Shown: positions 44,500-53,996, counted from the first letter of the stretch. The stretch is DNA of 64,000 nt from a bacterium (GCA_030635055.1 DAOVZN010000003.1:4121-68120), one strand, 5' to 3'. The notes: generated from the sequence alone by a model not told the origin. A program made the numbers and translations.

Positions 44500-45381
44500 T
44501 TATAAAAAATCTTTTATCAATGCTTTTACTTCCTGATAATTTTTATTCCAAATAATCCTTTTATCTCTCTTAAACCAAGTCATTTGCCGATTAGCAAACT
44601 GCAAGGTGTGTGTCTTTATATCCTCCATGACTTCCTGCTTCTTTATTTCTCCTTTAAAATAGGAAAGCCACTCTTGATAACCAATAGTTCTCATAGCTGA
44701 AATTTCCCAGCCGTAATTTTCAGCTAAACTCTCTGCTTCATCAGACAAGCCGAACCTGAACATTTTTTTCACTCTGGCTTCATTGTTCTTCTTTAATGTT
44801 TCTTCAGACAAGCTTATTCCAATCTGCAAAGCTTTAAAAAGGGGACTGCCTTGTTTTCTTTGTTCCCAATACGGCTTTTTAGTAACAACGCAAACCTCTA
44901 TCGCCCTAATCAGTCTTCTTTTATTTTCTTTATCTATCAATTTAGATCCTTTAGGGTCTAATTTTTTATAAATATCAAAGAGTTTTTTGGTTGTTTCTTT
45001 TTCCAAATTGTTCCTTAATCTTTTATTCGCCGAGGCTTGCAAAAAAGAGAGATTGTCAACAACGGCCTGGATATAAAGACCGGTTCCTCCTACAAGAAAA
45101 GGAACTTTGCCACGCTTCTGAATATCTTTAATCGCTTTAACAGCCATCTTCTTATAAACAGCCGCATTAAAAGCCTTGTTTGGCTTAATAATATCTATTA
45201 AATGATGGGGGACTTGGGATAATTGCTTCTTGCTTGGTTTAGCCGTGCCAATATCCATTCCTTGGTATATTTGTCTAGAATCAGCCGAAACAATTTCTCC
45301 GTTAAACTGCTTAGCTAATTTAATGGCTAAGTCGGTTTTCCCGGAAGCTGTCGGGCCTAAGATGACTATTAAATTTGACAT
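44500..45381 (-). CDS. miaA: tRNA dimethylallyltransferase
   Basis: IVILGPTASGKTDLAIKLA...SADSRQIYQGMDIGTAKP. Confidence 0.92.
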   Translation of the reverse strand: MSNLIVILGPTASGKTDLAIKLAKQFNGEIVSADSRQIYQGMDIGTAKPSKKQLSQVPHHLIDIIKPNKAFNAAVYKKMAVKAIKDIQKRGKVPFLVGGTGLYIQAVVDNLSFLQASANKRLRNNLEKETTKKLFDIYKKLDPKGSKLIDKENKRRLIRAIEVCVVTKKPYWEQRKQGSPLFKALQIGISLSEETLKKNNEARVKKMFRFGLSDEAESLAENYGWEISAMRTIGYQEWLSYFKGEIKKQEVMEDIKTHTLQFANRQMTWFKRDKRIIWNKNYQEVKALIKDFL

Positions 45382-45439
45382 ATTATTAGTTTATGTTATA
45401 CTTTATTTATCAAGAACACAAGCTTTTTAACAAAGACTC

Positions 45440-45805
45440 TTGAATAAAGACAAAGGTGATAATTTGGCAAGTGAAGACTTAAGAACGATTTTTTCGGAGA
45501 ACAATTGTGACTATGCAACAATGGTCCTGAAAGAAGCAAAGAAAATTCTGAACCAGAAGAAAATTAATTGGAAACAAGGCCTCCAGTGCTTAAAAGAACA
45601 AATTCAAGAAATAAGGCAGGAATTAAGTCAGCCGGCGAATAAAGGAAAACCACAAGAAAATTACGAAATGGCCTGCGAGTTAATTGAGTTCTTAACAAGT
45701 TTAATTCCCCGAAGCAGAAAAAAGACCCCTGACAAAGTCAGGGCCTCTTTCTTGTCAATTCTCCTTTTAATCCCCATGGAGAAGCGTCCAAAACTTTCAC
45801 TTTAA
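45440..45805 (+). CDS. questionable small ORF
   Basis: Only TTG starts are available (45440, or 45464 behind GGTGAT). The 3' part reads through a hairpin (CCCTGAC-AAA-GTCAGGG) and overlaps the miaB 3' end by 68 nt. Confidence 0.25.
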   Translation: MNKDKGDNLASEDLRTIFSENNCDYATMVLKEAKKILNQKKINWKQGLQCLKEQIQEIRQELSQPANKGKPQENYEMACELIEFLTSLIPRSRKKTPDKVRASFLSILLLIPMEKRPKLSL

Positions 45806-46982
45806 CGAAAGTTCCTATCTGACACTTCTTTCCCGGAAACTTAATTGTTTTAAAATGGCTGGTTTTGCCGATAGAAAAACCTTTAATATTATCTTGCACC
45901 AATACTTCAACTTCTTTATCAATAAACTCCTTATTTTTCTCTAAGGCAGTAATTTTTAAAATATCATTTAATATTTCTTCACGATTCTTTTTTTCCTTAT
46001 CGGAAACAGTGTCTTCCATTTTAGCGGCCGCGGTTTGGGAACGGGCAGAATAGCGGTTGATATAGGCCATATCAAATTTAATCTTTTTGAATAAATCACA
46101 AGTATCAGAAAACTGTTTTTTTGTTTCTCCGGGAAAACCGACGATAACATCGGTGGAAATGGCTATCTTTTGCTTAAAAGCCTGGCGAATCTTTTTTACC
46201 AGCCTTTTGTATTTCTCTATTGTATATGGTCGGTTCATTCTTTTAAGAACCGTATTGTTGCCGGCCTGAACCGGCAGATTTAAATAAGGGGTCACTTTTT
46301 TTGACTTAGCCATAGTTTCAATCAACTCAGCAGAAAAATCTTTGGGATGGGGAGAAGTAAACCTAATCCAAAACTTTCCCGGAATATTATTTACCATTTC
46401 TAATAATTTGGCAAAACTTATCTTGTCTTTTGTTTTATAGGAATTGACATTTTGTCCCAAAAGCCAAATTTCTTTATAGCCGCTCTTGATTAGTCCCTTT
46501 ATCTCCCTTAAAATTTCTTCAGCCGGACGGGAAACCTCCCTGCCCCTAGTATAGGGAACAACGCAATAAGAACAGAAGTTATTGCAGCCGGTCATTATGG
46601 GGATACAAGCTGAAAAAGCGCTGGAATATCCGGGAGATAATTCTAAATAGTGATTCTTGGCAATAGTTTTATGCCCCAGCATTTCCGGAAGCAGGAGCAA
46701 GTCTTCTATCCCTAATAAGAAATCAAACTTCGTCTGAAATTTCTTTTTATCTTTATCTAAAATACACCCGGTCAGAACGGTTTTCTTTCCCCTTAGTTTT
46801 TTCGCCAGCCCATCAATTCTGTCCATGGCTGACTGTCTGATCGAGCAAGCGTTAACCACCACTAAATCCGCCTGAAGGATCTTGTCAGCAGCTTTGTAAC
46901 CAATGTTCTCCAGCACGCCGGCAATCCTTTCCGAATCACTCCTGTTCATTTGGCAGCCATAGGTGACTATATGATATTTCAT
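45738..46982 (-). CDS. miaB: tRNA-i6A37 methylthiotransferase
   Basis: YGCQMNRSDSE. Radical-SAM CNNFCSYCVVPYTRGRE. TRAM domain at the C-terminus. Confidence 0.92.
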   Translation of the reverse strand: MKYHIVTYGCQMNRSDSERIAGVLENIGYKAADKILQADLVVVNACSIRQSAMDRIDGLAKKLRGKKTVLTGCILDKDKKKFQTKFDFLLGIEDLLLLPEMLGHKTIAKNHYLELSPGYSSAFSACIPIMTGCNNFCSYCVVPYTRGREVSRPAEEILREIKGLIKSGYKEIWLLGQNVNSYKTKDKISFAKLLEMVNNIPGKFWIRFTSPHPKDFSAELIETMAKSKKVTPYLNLPVQAGNNTVLKRMNRPYTIEKYKRLVKKIRQAFKQKIAISTDVIVGFPGETKKQFSDTCDLFKKIKFDMAYINRYSARSQTAAAKMEDTVSDKEKKNREEILNDILKITALEKNKEFIDKEVEVLVQDNIKGFSIGKTSHFKTIKFPGKKCQIGTFVKVKVLDASPWGLKGELTRKRP

Positions 46983-47062
46983 AACTATTAATTAGCACAA
47001 TTAGGAATTTAATAAAACGGCTTAAGATTTTCTTAAGCCGTTTCAACCTCTGTCAGTATTTT

Positions 47063-49063
47063 TTAGAATCCGACATCTTCCACGGGGAGAATTTCCACCG
47101 TACCAATATTGTCTTTTATTTGAACCTCTATCTCCAGAGACGGAGTTTTAACAGCTTCATCTGTCTTATATTGAGCTCCACATTCTCCTCGGTAAAACTC
47201 CCATGCGTCACAAACATCTCCGTTACTGAAAATGCACATGCCTCTCACTGCTCCTGTTGAATCAGTTTTCGTCTTATAGTTATAACCTAACTTTTGGCAA
47301 TAAACGGCAGAAGGACTAGCTAAACCAACTTCCGGTTTTACTGACGGTTCTTCCATAATCGGCTTATTGATTGTCGGCTTTTCTACTGGCATTTCTCCTT
47401 GCTCACAAGCCCCTCTGTAACGAATCTTTATTCCTGCCGCCCTAGCGTGGCAGTCGTTAGAATAGGTTTTTCCATTTTCACCGCAGACAGGAGCCCATAT
47501 TTCTATACAGCCAGTTTCCGGAGAGGGGTTAACTTCATTTAAGAGCTCAGGCCGATATCTCCTTAATTCCGATGCCACATCCTCTCCTTGAATTTTATCT
47601 ATAATAACTCTTAATCTTGTTTCGTCTGTTATATTTCCGATCTTCCTTTCCAGCTTCTCGGCATGAACTTCTAGAAATTGACCTGTCATTTGCGGAGACA
47701 AACTAATGCCTTGTATGATAGTCATTCCTTCCGGAGTATCTCCTGTCAGCATATCAATCTTCAAACGCAATTCTTTCTCATTAGTAATCCCTTCTATTTC
47801 ATTCTTCATTCCGTCTATTACTTTGTATTTCAACTCCTTTAAAAATTCAACGTTACTAACGCTTTGGATCTCTTCCAAAGCTCTCATTTGTTTAACATCG
47901 TAATATTTTTCCGCTTCTTTCAAAATCACTTCTCTTCTTTCCAGAGTATCGGCCGAATCAATTTTTATCTTTATTTTTTCTATTAATCCTTCTTTTACCA
48001 TCAAAACTCCTCCTATCACTTCTGGAGAGAGGTTGCTTTCCAACTCGTTAACAATCCTTAAATTTTCCAATTTGTCTTTACCAAGATGTTCTAAGAAAAC
48101 TTCCTGGTTCTCTTTTGTTCCAAGCTCTTTCATTTTCTTTTCAATTTTAGAAAAGGTTTCTTCTTTGACCGCCTCTAGTTGAATCCTGACTTCTTCGGGC
48201 ATTTCTTTCGCTTCAAATTTATGGATAATTTCCAAATGGCGGACTTCGTTTCCACCAATGTTTCCTACATAATCCTTAAATTTTTCTCTGTCTTCCGGAG
48301 ACATTAGTTCCAAATCTCCGTGTAGTCTTTTTAAAGAATTTTCCTGAGCTAACTGAATAGCTTCCTTGGCCTGCTCCGGGACCTTGTCTTCCAGGGCTTG
48401 CAAAACCTCCAAGTTTTTAAAATGCTTAAATTGACTGCCGGACTGTTCATCGGTAATTTCAATAATTTTATCTTTTAAAACTTCCGGGGAAACAAGTTCT
48501 GAGCTTACAGATGAAAGAACATCCATATTCCTTTTTCTTATTCTTTCCATCGCATCTAAAGCTTCTTCAGGAAGTTCTTTTTCCAGCTGGCCGAATAGTT
48601 TTTGATGCCTAAAATTATGGTCAATGAACTTGTCCACAAATTTGTCCGCTTTTGCTTCATCCGTGATCCCATCAACGGCTCCCTCTAAACGGGTTAGTTC
48701 ATCTTGATAATTATTAAAGGCTTTATCAAGGGACTCAGTGTCATTGGGTTTGATCTCAGCAAGTTTTTTCAGTTCAACTAATTTTTGATCAGCGAATTTT
48801 TGCTTCAATTCAGCCTTTTTAACCGGATCAAAAGTAAAAAATGACTCTATCCCACGGATAGCGCTTTTCAAAAAATAAAAAGGATTGTCAGCTAGAATTG
48901 TTGGTTCGCCAACTCCCAAATCACTCGCGCTTATATCTTCGTCAAGATTCACGGCTGCGATTACATCCGCAGAAACAGATGTGTCTTGAGCAAAAACGCT
49001 TGCTCCAGTGAATATCGCTCCAAAAGCGATCAATATTATGAGAAACTTGTTTACAAAAGACAT
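47063..49063 (-). CDS. secreted protein: long helical region + Kazal-type inhibitor domain + DUF333-like domain
   Basis: Signal peptide. About 480-aa K/E-rich helical region. Kazal pattern CIEIWAPVCGENGKTYSNDCHARAAGIKIRYRGAC. Then SAVYCQKLGYNY...GMCIFSNGDVCDAWEFYRGECG. Confidence 0.65.
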   Translation of the reverse strand: MSFVNKFLIILIAFGAIFTGASVFAQDTSVSADVIAAVNLDEDISASDLGVGEPTILADNPFYFLKSAIRGIESFFTFDPVKKAELKQKFADQKLVELKKLAEIKPNDTESLDKAFNNYQDELTRLEGAVDGITDEAKADKFVDKFIDHNFRHQKLFGQLEKELPEEALDAMERIRKRNMDVLSSVSSELVSPEVLKDKIIEITDEQSGSQFKHFKNLEVLQALEDKVPEQAKEAIQLAQENSLKRLHGDLELMSPEDREKFKDYVGNIGGNEVRHLEIIHKFEAKEMPEEVRIQLEAVKEETFSKIEKKMKELGTKENQEVFLEHLGKDKLENLRIVNELESNLSPEVIGGVLMVKEGLIEKIKIKIDSADTLERREVILKEAEKYYDVKQMRALEEIQSVSNVEFLKELKYKVIDGMKNEIEGITNEKELRLKIDMLTGDTPEGMTIIQGISLSPQMTGQFLEVHAEKLERKIGNITDETRLRVIIDKIQGEDVASELRRYRPELLNEVNPSPETGCIEIWAPVCGENGKTYSNDCHARAAGIKIRYRGACEQGEMPVEKPTINKPIMEEPSVKPEVGLASPSAVYCQKLGYNYKTKTDSTGAVRGMCIFSNGDVCDAWEFYRGECGAQYKTDEAVKTPSLEIEVQIKDNIGTVEILPVEDVGF

Positions 49064-49184
49064 GGATAAAATTTCGAATTTCTAATTTAGACTTGTGCTA
49101 AACTTGGTTTAGCACAGCTATTAAAAATTAAGAATTATTAATTATTACTTTATTTTACTTCTTTTTTTTAAAAAAAACAATAAA

Positions 49185-49213
49185 TTGACAAAGGTTTCAG
49201 GGGTGCTATATAT
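49185..49213 (+). promoter_or_regulatory. promoter of a non-coding unit
   Basis: TTGACA (49185), 16-18 nt, TATATA/TATATT. Confidence 0.6.
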
Positions 49214-49219
49214 TAGATG

Positions 49220-49359
49220 AAGAACATTTTTGTTCTTTGAAAACTTTTTCTGTAAGAACTGGAGAAATGCCTGATGGTCATGGGAAGCCGGACGCCGCAT
49301 CTATTTCTCTTCCCCTGACCTTACTTTATATGGACAGCTATGCTGTCCTCTTTTTTTTT
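49220..49359 (+). ncRNA. candidate small RNA (about 140 nt), class unknown
   Basis: Bounded by a consensus promoter and the terminator GGACAGC-TAT-GCTGTCC plus T9. No ORF with a usable SD. Nested helices GUAAG/CUUAC, GGAGAAAU/AUUUCUCU, GAUG/CAUC and GUC/GAC, plus a 5' hairpin AAGAACA/UGUUCUU. Confidence 0.45.
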
Positions 49360-49425
49360 GACAAAACTATTAGAATTATGTAAAAACAACCCAGTTAGTA
49401 TTTTAAAAAAATAAAGGTGATGCAG
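49358..49425 (+). promoter_or_regulatory. promoter + leader with GGTGAT SD
   Basis: TTGACA shares the terminator T-run. The leader ends AAAGGTGATGCAGATG. Confidence 0.6.
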
Positions 49426-49692
49426 ATGGGTAAAAAAGATAAAGTAGATGATGTGATAAGGCTAATAAGAATCAATGAAGAGTTAGAAGCAAAAGAAGTG
49501 GGGCTGGCAATCCATAAACGGAAAGGTTCTTCAATAGGGGGATTTTCCGCAAACCTTTCCGACCTTATGGCTAAAAAAATAGGGATATTAACAGATATGA
49601 TAAAATACTCTACCCGTCGCCCTCTTAGCGATGAAGCTGCGGCAAGCCTAGTTGAGGCTTTTAAAGAAGAATTAATGGCGAAAATAAAATAG
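49426..49692 (+). CDS. hypothetical small protein
   Basis: 88 aa from the ATG four nt after GGTGAT. Followed by AGCGGC-AATA-GCCGCT plus T8. No recognised motif. Confidence 0.55.
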   Translation: MGKKDKVDDVIRLIRINEELEAKEVGLAIHKRKGSSIGGFSANLSDLMAKKIGILTDMIKYSTRRPLSDEAAASLVEAFKEELMAKIK

Positions 49693-49711
49693 CGGCAATA
49701 GCCGCTTTTTT

Positions 49712-52700
49712 TTATACTTCTTTTATTAATTCCTGAATATCATTGCAAATAACCTTTGGCTCTCCTGAACGGTTGTCCACCCGGCCTTTGACTATCACCA
49801 CTTTATTTTCCTGAAATGTCTCCTGGTTTTGAGCCGTTACTGTGGGAAAAACCACCAGTTCCACTTTGTCTGTGTAATCTTCCAATTTAACAAAAAGCAT
49901 TGGCTGGCCTTTTTTAGTGATCACTTTCTTAATGCCGGAAATAATGCCCCCGACTTTTACTGTCCGTCCGCTAACGCTTAGGGCAACCCTGTTTAAAGAC
50001 AAGGTTTTTTTTGTTAAAATTGTTTTGAATTCTTCCAAAGGATGGCTGCTGATATACAAACCGAGCAATTCCTTTTCCCAAATTAGTTTTTCGCCTTTAG
50101 AGGCTGGGGGAGCGTCTTCCAAAGTAAGCGGGCTTTCTTTAGTTTGGACACTGTCAAAAAGGCCCTTTTGACCACTCTCTTTGTTTTTCTGCTGTTCTCG
50201 GCTCCATTCCAAGAGCCTTTCCATATTAGATAGCAACTTGTTTCTTTCCTCAAATTCATCAAAAGCTCCTGTCTTGATCAAACTTTCCAATGACCTTTTA
50301 TTTAAATTTTTAGAGCCAACGCGGCCAATAAAATCAGTTATGGATTGATAAGGCCCGTTTGCTTTTCTTTCTTTAACTATTGCTTCCACTACATTCTGAC
50401 CGACATTCTTAATAGCCAGCAACCCGAAACGGATTTTGTGCTCATCGGGCACTACGGAAAAATATTTGAAACTTTCATTGATGTCCGGAGGCAGAACCGG
50501 AATCTTCATTTTTTTACATTCACTGATCAAATTGGCTATTTTTTCGGTATCGTTTTTTTCAGAGGTCAAAACCGCAGCCATAAATTCCACTGAATAATGA
50601 ACTTTTAAATAAGCGGTCCAATAGGCAATCATGGCATAGCAAGTGCTATGGCTTTTATTAAAACCATAGCGGGCAAAAGGCAAAATCCATTCCCAAAGCC
50701 GCTGGGCAACCTCTTTGCTTGTTCCTTTATTTATCGCTCCGTTGATAAACTTTTCTTTTTGCTCCAGCAGCAGTTCTATAATCTTCTTTCCAACCGCTTT
50801 TCTTAAAATATCAGCTTCAGACAAAGAAAATCCGGCTACCTTTTGGGCGATCTTCATTAACTGTTCCTGATAAACCATAATTCCGTAAGTGTTCTCTAAA
50901 ATCGGCTTTAATTCCGGGTGTATATACCTTATTGTCGTTGGATTGGCCTTTCCTTTAATGTATTGGGGCAGAAACTCCATTGGGCCGGGGCGGTAAAGAG
51001 CCACCATTGCAATAACGTCCTCAAACTTTGTCGGCTTCAATTGTTTTAAATATCTTTTCATGCCGTCGGATTCCAATTGAAAAACCGAAGTTGTCATTCC
51101 TTCTTGAAACAACCTATATGTTTTTTTATCATCCAAAGGAATATCTTCTATTTTCAATGACTTATTCCGCACTTTATAAATCCTGGTCAGAGTATCTTCA
51201 ATAATGGTTAAGTTCTTTAATCCCAACAGATCCATTTTCAATAGCCCCAGGTCTTCAATTGAGTGCATCTCATATTGAGTGACAATACTGCCGTCGTCCT
51301 GTGTGGGATGCTGCAATGGCACGGATTCAGTCAGAGGATCTTGGGAGATCACCAAGCCGCAAGCATGAGTTGAAGCATGACGCACCACGCCTTCCAATTT
51401 TTTTCCCAAATCAATAAGTCTCTTTGCCTGGTCGTCCATTTTGTAAAGCTGGCTAAATTCAGGCACCTCTTTAATGGTCTGATCCAGATTAAAACCAAAT
51501 GGAACCATTTTGGCGATTTGGTCGCAATATTGGTAAGAATAGCCCAAAGCCCGGCCCACATCCCTAATTACCGCTCTCGCTGCCATGGTTCCGAAAGTAA
51601 TAATCTGAGCTACTTTGTCGTGTCCGTATTTGTCCCTGATATAGTTGATAACCTCATCCCTTCTCCAGTCAGTGAAATCAAGATCAATATCAGGCATGGA
51701 AATTCTTTCCGGATTCAAAAATCTTTCAAACAGCAAATCATATTTTATCGGATCAACATCTGTAATGTTTAAAAGATAAGAAACTAAAGACCCGGCAGCC
51801 GAACCCCTTCCAGGACCCACAACAATACGATTCTCTTTTGACCAATTAACAAAATCCTGCACAATAAGGAAGTACGAAGCAAAACCTGTTTTTTGAATGA
51901 TTGAAAGTTCGTATTCCAACCGTTCAATAGCTTGGATGTCCTTTTTGGGATAGCGTTTTTTTAATCCCTGCTCACATAATTTTTTTAAATATTTTTCCGG
52001 AGTGGTTTTGTCCGGAACAGTAAAAAAGGGAAGTTTGGTCTTTCCCAGTTGAAATTCAACATTGCAGGCAGCCGCTATTTTCTGGGTATTTTCTATCGCT
52101 TGAGGAACATCTTTAAAAAGCTTGACCATTTTTTCCGGGCTTTTCACAGAAAAATCTTCATTTATCATCGTCAGCCTTTGCGGATTATTAATATCAGCTC
52201 CTGTGTTAATAAGCATTAAAATATCTTGAGCTTCAGCATCATCAGAGTTTAAATAATGGGCATCACAAGTGGCCACCAAAGGAATATTCAATTCCTTGGA
52301 AAAACTTATCAAAGCTTTATTCACCTTGTCTTGTTCCGGTATATTTGGATGGTTCTGTATTTCCAAATAAAAGTTGTCCGGGCCGAAAATCTTTTGAAAT
52401 TCCAAAGCTTCTTTCTTTGCTTCGTCTATTTTGCCGGAGAGAATCAGCTTAGGAATCTTTCCCTGAACACAGGCTGTCAGCCCGATAAGCCCGGCTGAAT
52501 GCTTGGCCAGCAACTCTTTGTCAATTCTGGGCTTGTAATAAAAGCCTTCCAAATTGGCCTTGGTCACCAATTTCACCAAATTCTTGTATCCCTCTTGATT
52601 TTTTGCCAACAAAACGAAATGATAACTCTTGTTATCAACATTAGGCCTTTTCTGGTCCATTCTTTCCAAAGCCAAATAGACTTCACAGCCGATAATCGGC

Positions 52701-52882
52701 TTTATTCCCTGAGCCTTGGCTGCTTTATAGAACTCAATTGCGCCGTATAAATTGCCATGATCGGTCAAGGCCACGGAATCCATACCAAGCTTTTTAACAT
52801 GGTCTATAAGGAGATTTATTTTAGGCAGGCCATCAAGCAGAGAGTAGTGGCTATGCACATGAAGGTGTGTAAATTTTGCCAT
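49712..52882 (-). CDS. dnaE: DNA polymerase III alpha subunit
   Basis: PHP domain HLHVHSHYSLLDG. Polymerase core PDIDLDF...GLLKMDLLGL. OB fold at the C-terminus. 1056 aa. Confidence 0.95.
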   Translation of the reverse strand: MAKFTHLHVHSHYSLLDGLPKINLLIDHVKKLGMDSVALTDHGNLYGAIEFYKAAKAQGIKPIIGCEVYLALERMDQKRPNVDNKSYHFVLLAKNQEGYKNLVKLVTKANLEGFYYKPRIDKELLAKHSAGLIGLTACVQGKIPKLILSGKIDEAKKEALEFQKIFGPDNFYLEIQNHPNIPEQDKVNKALISFSKELNIPLVATCDAHYLNSDDAEAQDILMLINTGADINNPQRLTMINEDFSVKSPEKMVKLFKDVPQAIENTQKIAAACNVEFQLGKTKLPFFTVPDKTTPEKYLKKLCEQGLKKRYPKKDIQAIERLEYELSIIQKTGFASYFLIVQDFVNWSKENRIVVGPGRGSAAGSLVSYLLNITDVDPIKYDLLFERFLNPERISMPDIDLDFTDWRRDEVINYIRDKYGHDKVAQIITFGTMAARAVIRDVGRALGYSYQYCDQIAKMVPFGFNLDQTIKEVPEFSQLYKMDDQAKRLIDLGKKLEGVVRHASTHACGLVISQDPLTESVPLQHPTQDDGSIVTQYEMHSIEDLGLLKMDLLGLKNLTIIEDTLTRIYKVRNKSLKIEDIPLDDKKTYRLFQEGMTTSVFQLESDGMKRYLKQLKPTKFEDVIAMVALYRPGPMEFLPQYIKGKANPTTIRYIHPELKPILENTYGIMVYQEQLMKIAQKVAGFSLSEADILRKAVGKKIIELLLEQKEKFINGAINKGTSKEVAQRLWEWILPFARYGFNKSHSTCYAMIAYWTAYLKVHYSVEFMAAVLTSEKNDTEKIANLISECKKMKIPVLPPDINESFKYFSVVPDEHKIRFGLLAIKNVGQNVVEAIVKERKANGPYQSITDFIGRVGSKNLNKRSLESLIKTGAFDEFEERNKLLSNMERLLEWSREQQKNKESGQKGLFDSVQTKESPLTLEDAPPASKGEKLIWEKELLGLYISSHPLEEFKTILTKKTLSLNRVALSVSGRTVKVGGIISGIKKVITKKGQPMLFVKLEDYTDKVELVVFPTVTAQNQETFQENKVVIVKGRVDNRSGEPKVICNDIQELIKEV

Positions 52883-52925
52883 ATATTGTGTTATTATACT
52901 TTTAGCAGCTTTTTTTTACAAGCGC

Positions 52926-53534
52926 ATGATAAATTTTAAAGAAGAAAAAAAATTAAGAAAGAAGCATAAACATATTGCCGGACTGGATGAAGCAGGCCGG
53001 GGACCAATCGCGGGCCCGGTTGTTGCGGCAGCGGTTGTTGTCCAGAATTATCCGCCGGCTGATTTTCCATGGAAGGAGATCAGAGATTCCAAGAAACTGT
53101 CAGCGAAAAGAAGAGAAGTGCTTTGCCAGCTTCTTACTCATCATCCGGAAATAGAATGGGGGATAGGCAAGGTGTCAGAAAAGATAATAGACAAGATCAA
53201 TATCCTTCAGGCCTCTAAACTGGCCATGGAGAAAGCGATAAAGAACCTGAAAAAAGTTGACTTCCTGCTCTTGGATGGAAACTTTAAAATAAACTCAAAA
53301 ATTCCCCAAAAATCAATAATCAAAGGAGATGACAAAGTTTTTTCCATTGCCGCGGCTTCCATAATCGCCAAAGTAAAACGGGACGCAATAATGAAAAAAA
53401 TGGATAAGAAATATCCCGGATACGGACTTAGTAAGCATAAAGGCTATCCCACCAAGCACCATAAAAAAATGCTTAAAAAACACGGTTCTTGCAAAATCCA
53501 CCGCCAAAGCTTCAAACCGGTTAAACAAGATTAA
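52926..53534 (+). CDS. rnhB: ribonuclease HII
   Basis: IAGLDEAGRGPIAGPVVAAAV...DSKKLS...ASIIAKVKRD. Confidence 0.92.
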   Translation: MINFKEEKKLRKKHKHIAGLDEAGRGPIAGPVVAAAVVVQNYPPADFPWKEIRDSKKLSAKRREVLCQLLTHHPEIEWGIGKVSEKIIDKINILQASKLAMEKAIKNLKKVDFLLLDGNFKINSKIPQKSIIKGDDKVFSIAAASIIAKVKRDAIMKKMDKKYPGYGLSKHKGYPTKHHKKMLKKHGSCKIHRQSFKPVKQD

Positions 53535-53636
53535 CCCTTGACAAATCAATATAGTTTGTTATAATACTAATAGTTCTTTGACATACAATTCAATACAGAA
53601 ATCAAAGAAGCTAAATAATGATTGGTGATAGAAATG
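53535..53636 (+). repeat. promoter + hairpin-leader module, family 3, copy A
   Basis: CCCTTGACA (53538), 16 nt with TGT, TATAAT (53560). Leader hairpin TTCTTTGA (53574) - 20 nt - TCAAAGAA (53602). TTGGTGAT-AGAA-ATGG. Confidence 0.85.
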
Positions 53637-53939
53637 GCAGGAGAAGAACAAAGCAATAAAGAAATTAAAGATGAAGTAAGAAATTTCTTTAAGTTAAAAG
53701 ATGAGAAAAGAAAGAAGAAAAAAATAAAAAGAGAAAAGGCACTCGACTCTTTAAGAATAGCTTGCGCGAAGAAAGGAGATATCGCTGCCACAATTGAAAA
53801 TGCAAAGATTGGAGCTCCGGAGACAACAGTCAAACTCTTAAAAATAGTTGACTTGGAGAAAAACATTGATGGCTATACGTTGGGAGGAAAGAAGTTGACA
53901 GTAGCTGAGATAAAAGAGCTTACCGAGGCAATAAAATAA
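53634..53939 (+). CDS. hypothetical small protein (cassette A)
   Basis: 101 aa, K/E-rich. MAGEEQSNKEIKDE... No recognised motif. Confidence 0.55.
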   Translation: MAGEEQSNKEIKDEVRNFFKLKDEKRKKKKIKREKALDSLRIACAKKGDIAATIENAKIGAPETTVKLLKIVDLEKNIDGYTLGGKKLTVAEIKELTEAIK

Positions 53940-53950
53940 AAAAATGATTC

Positions 53951-53996
53951 CGAGTGGCGATGATAAGATATTTATCTTTCGTCGCTCGTTTTTTTT
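53951..53996 (+). terminator. terminator of cassette A
   Basis: Imperfect long hairpin CGAGTGGCGA..AAGATA-TT-TATCTT..CGTCGCTCG plus T8. Confidence 0.7.

Noticed and set aside
45440-45805. 121-aa ORF between miaA and miaB as a real gene.
   Set aside because: It has only TTG starts, reads through a terminator-type hairpin, and overlaps the miaB 3' end convergently. It is kept only as a low-confidence feature.
49220-49359. Calling this unit SRP (4.5S) RNA.
   Set aside because: There is only a loose resemblance (GGUCA...GAAG...GACGCC). The conserved GGAA tetraloop and AGCA/symmetric-loop elements are not present. It needs a covariance-model test.
49268-49384. 38-codon ORF (MPDGHGKPDAASISLPLTLLYMDSYAVLFFFDKTIRIM) within the candidate sRNA.
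   Set aside because: GGAG is only 2 nt from the ATG. The frame runs through the terminator hairpin and T-run into the next promoter, which is not credible as coding.
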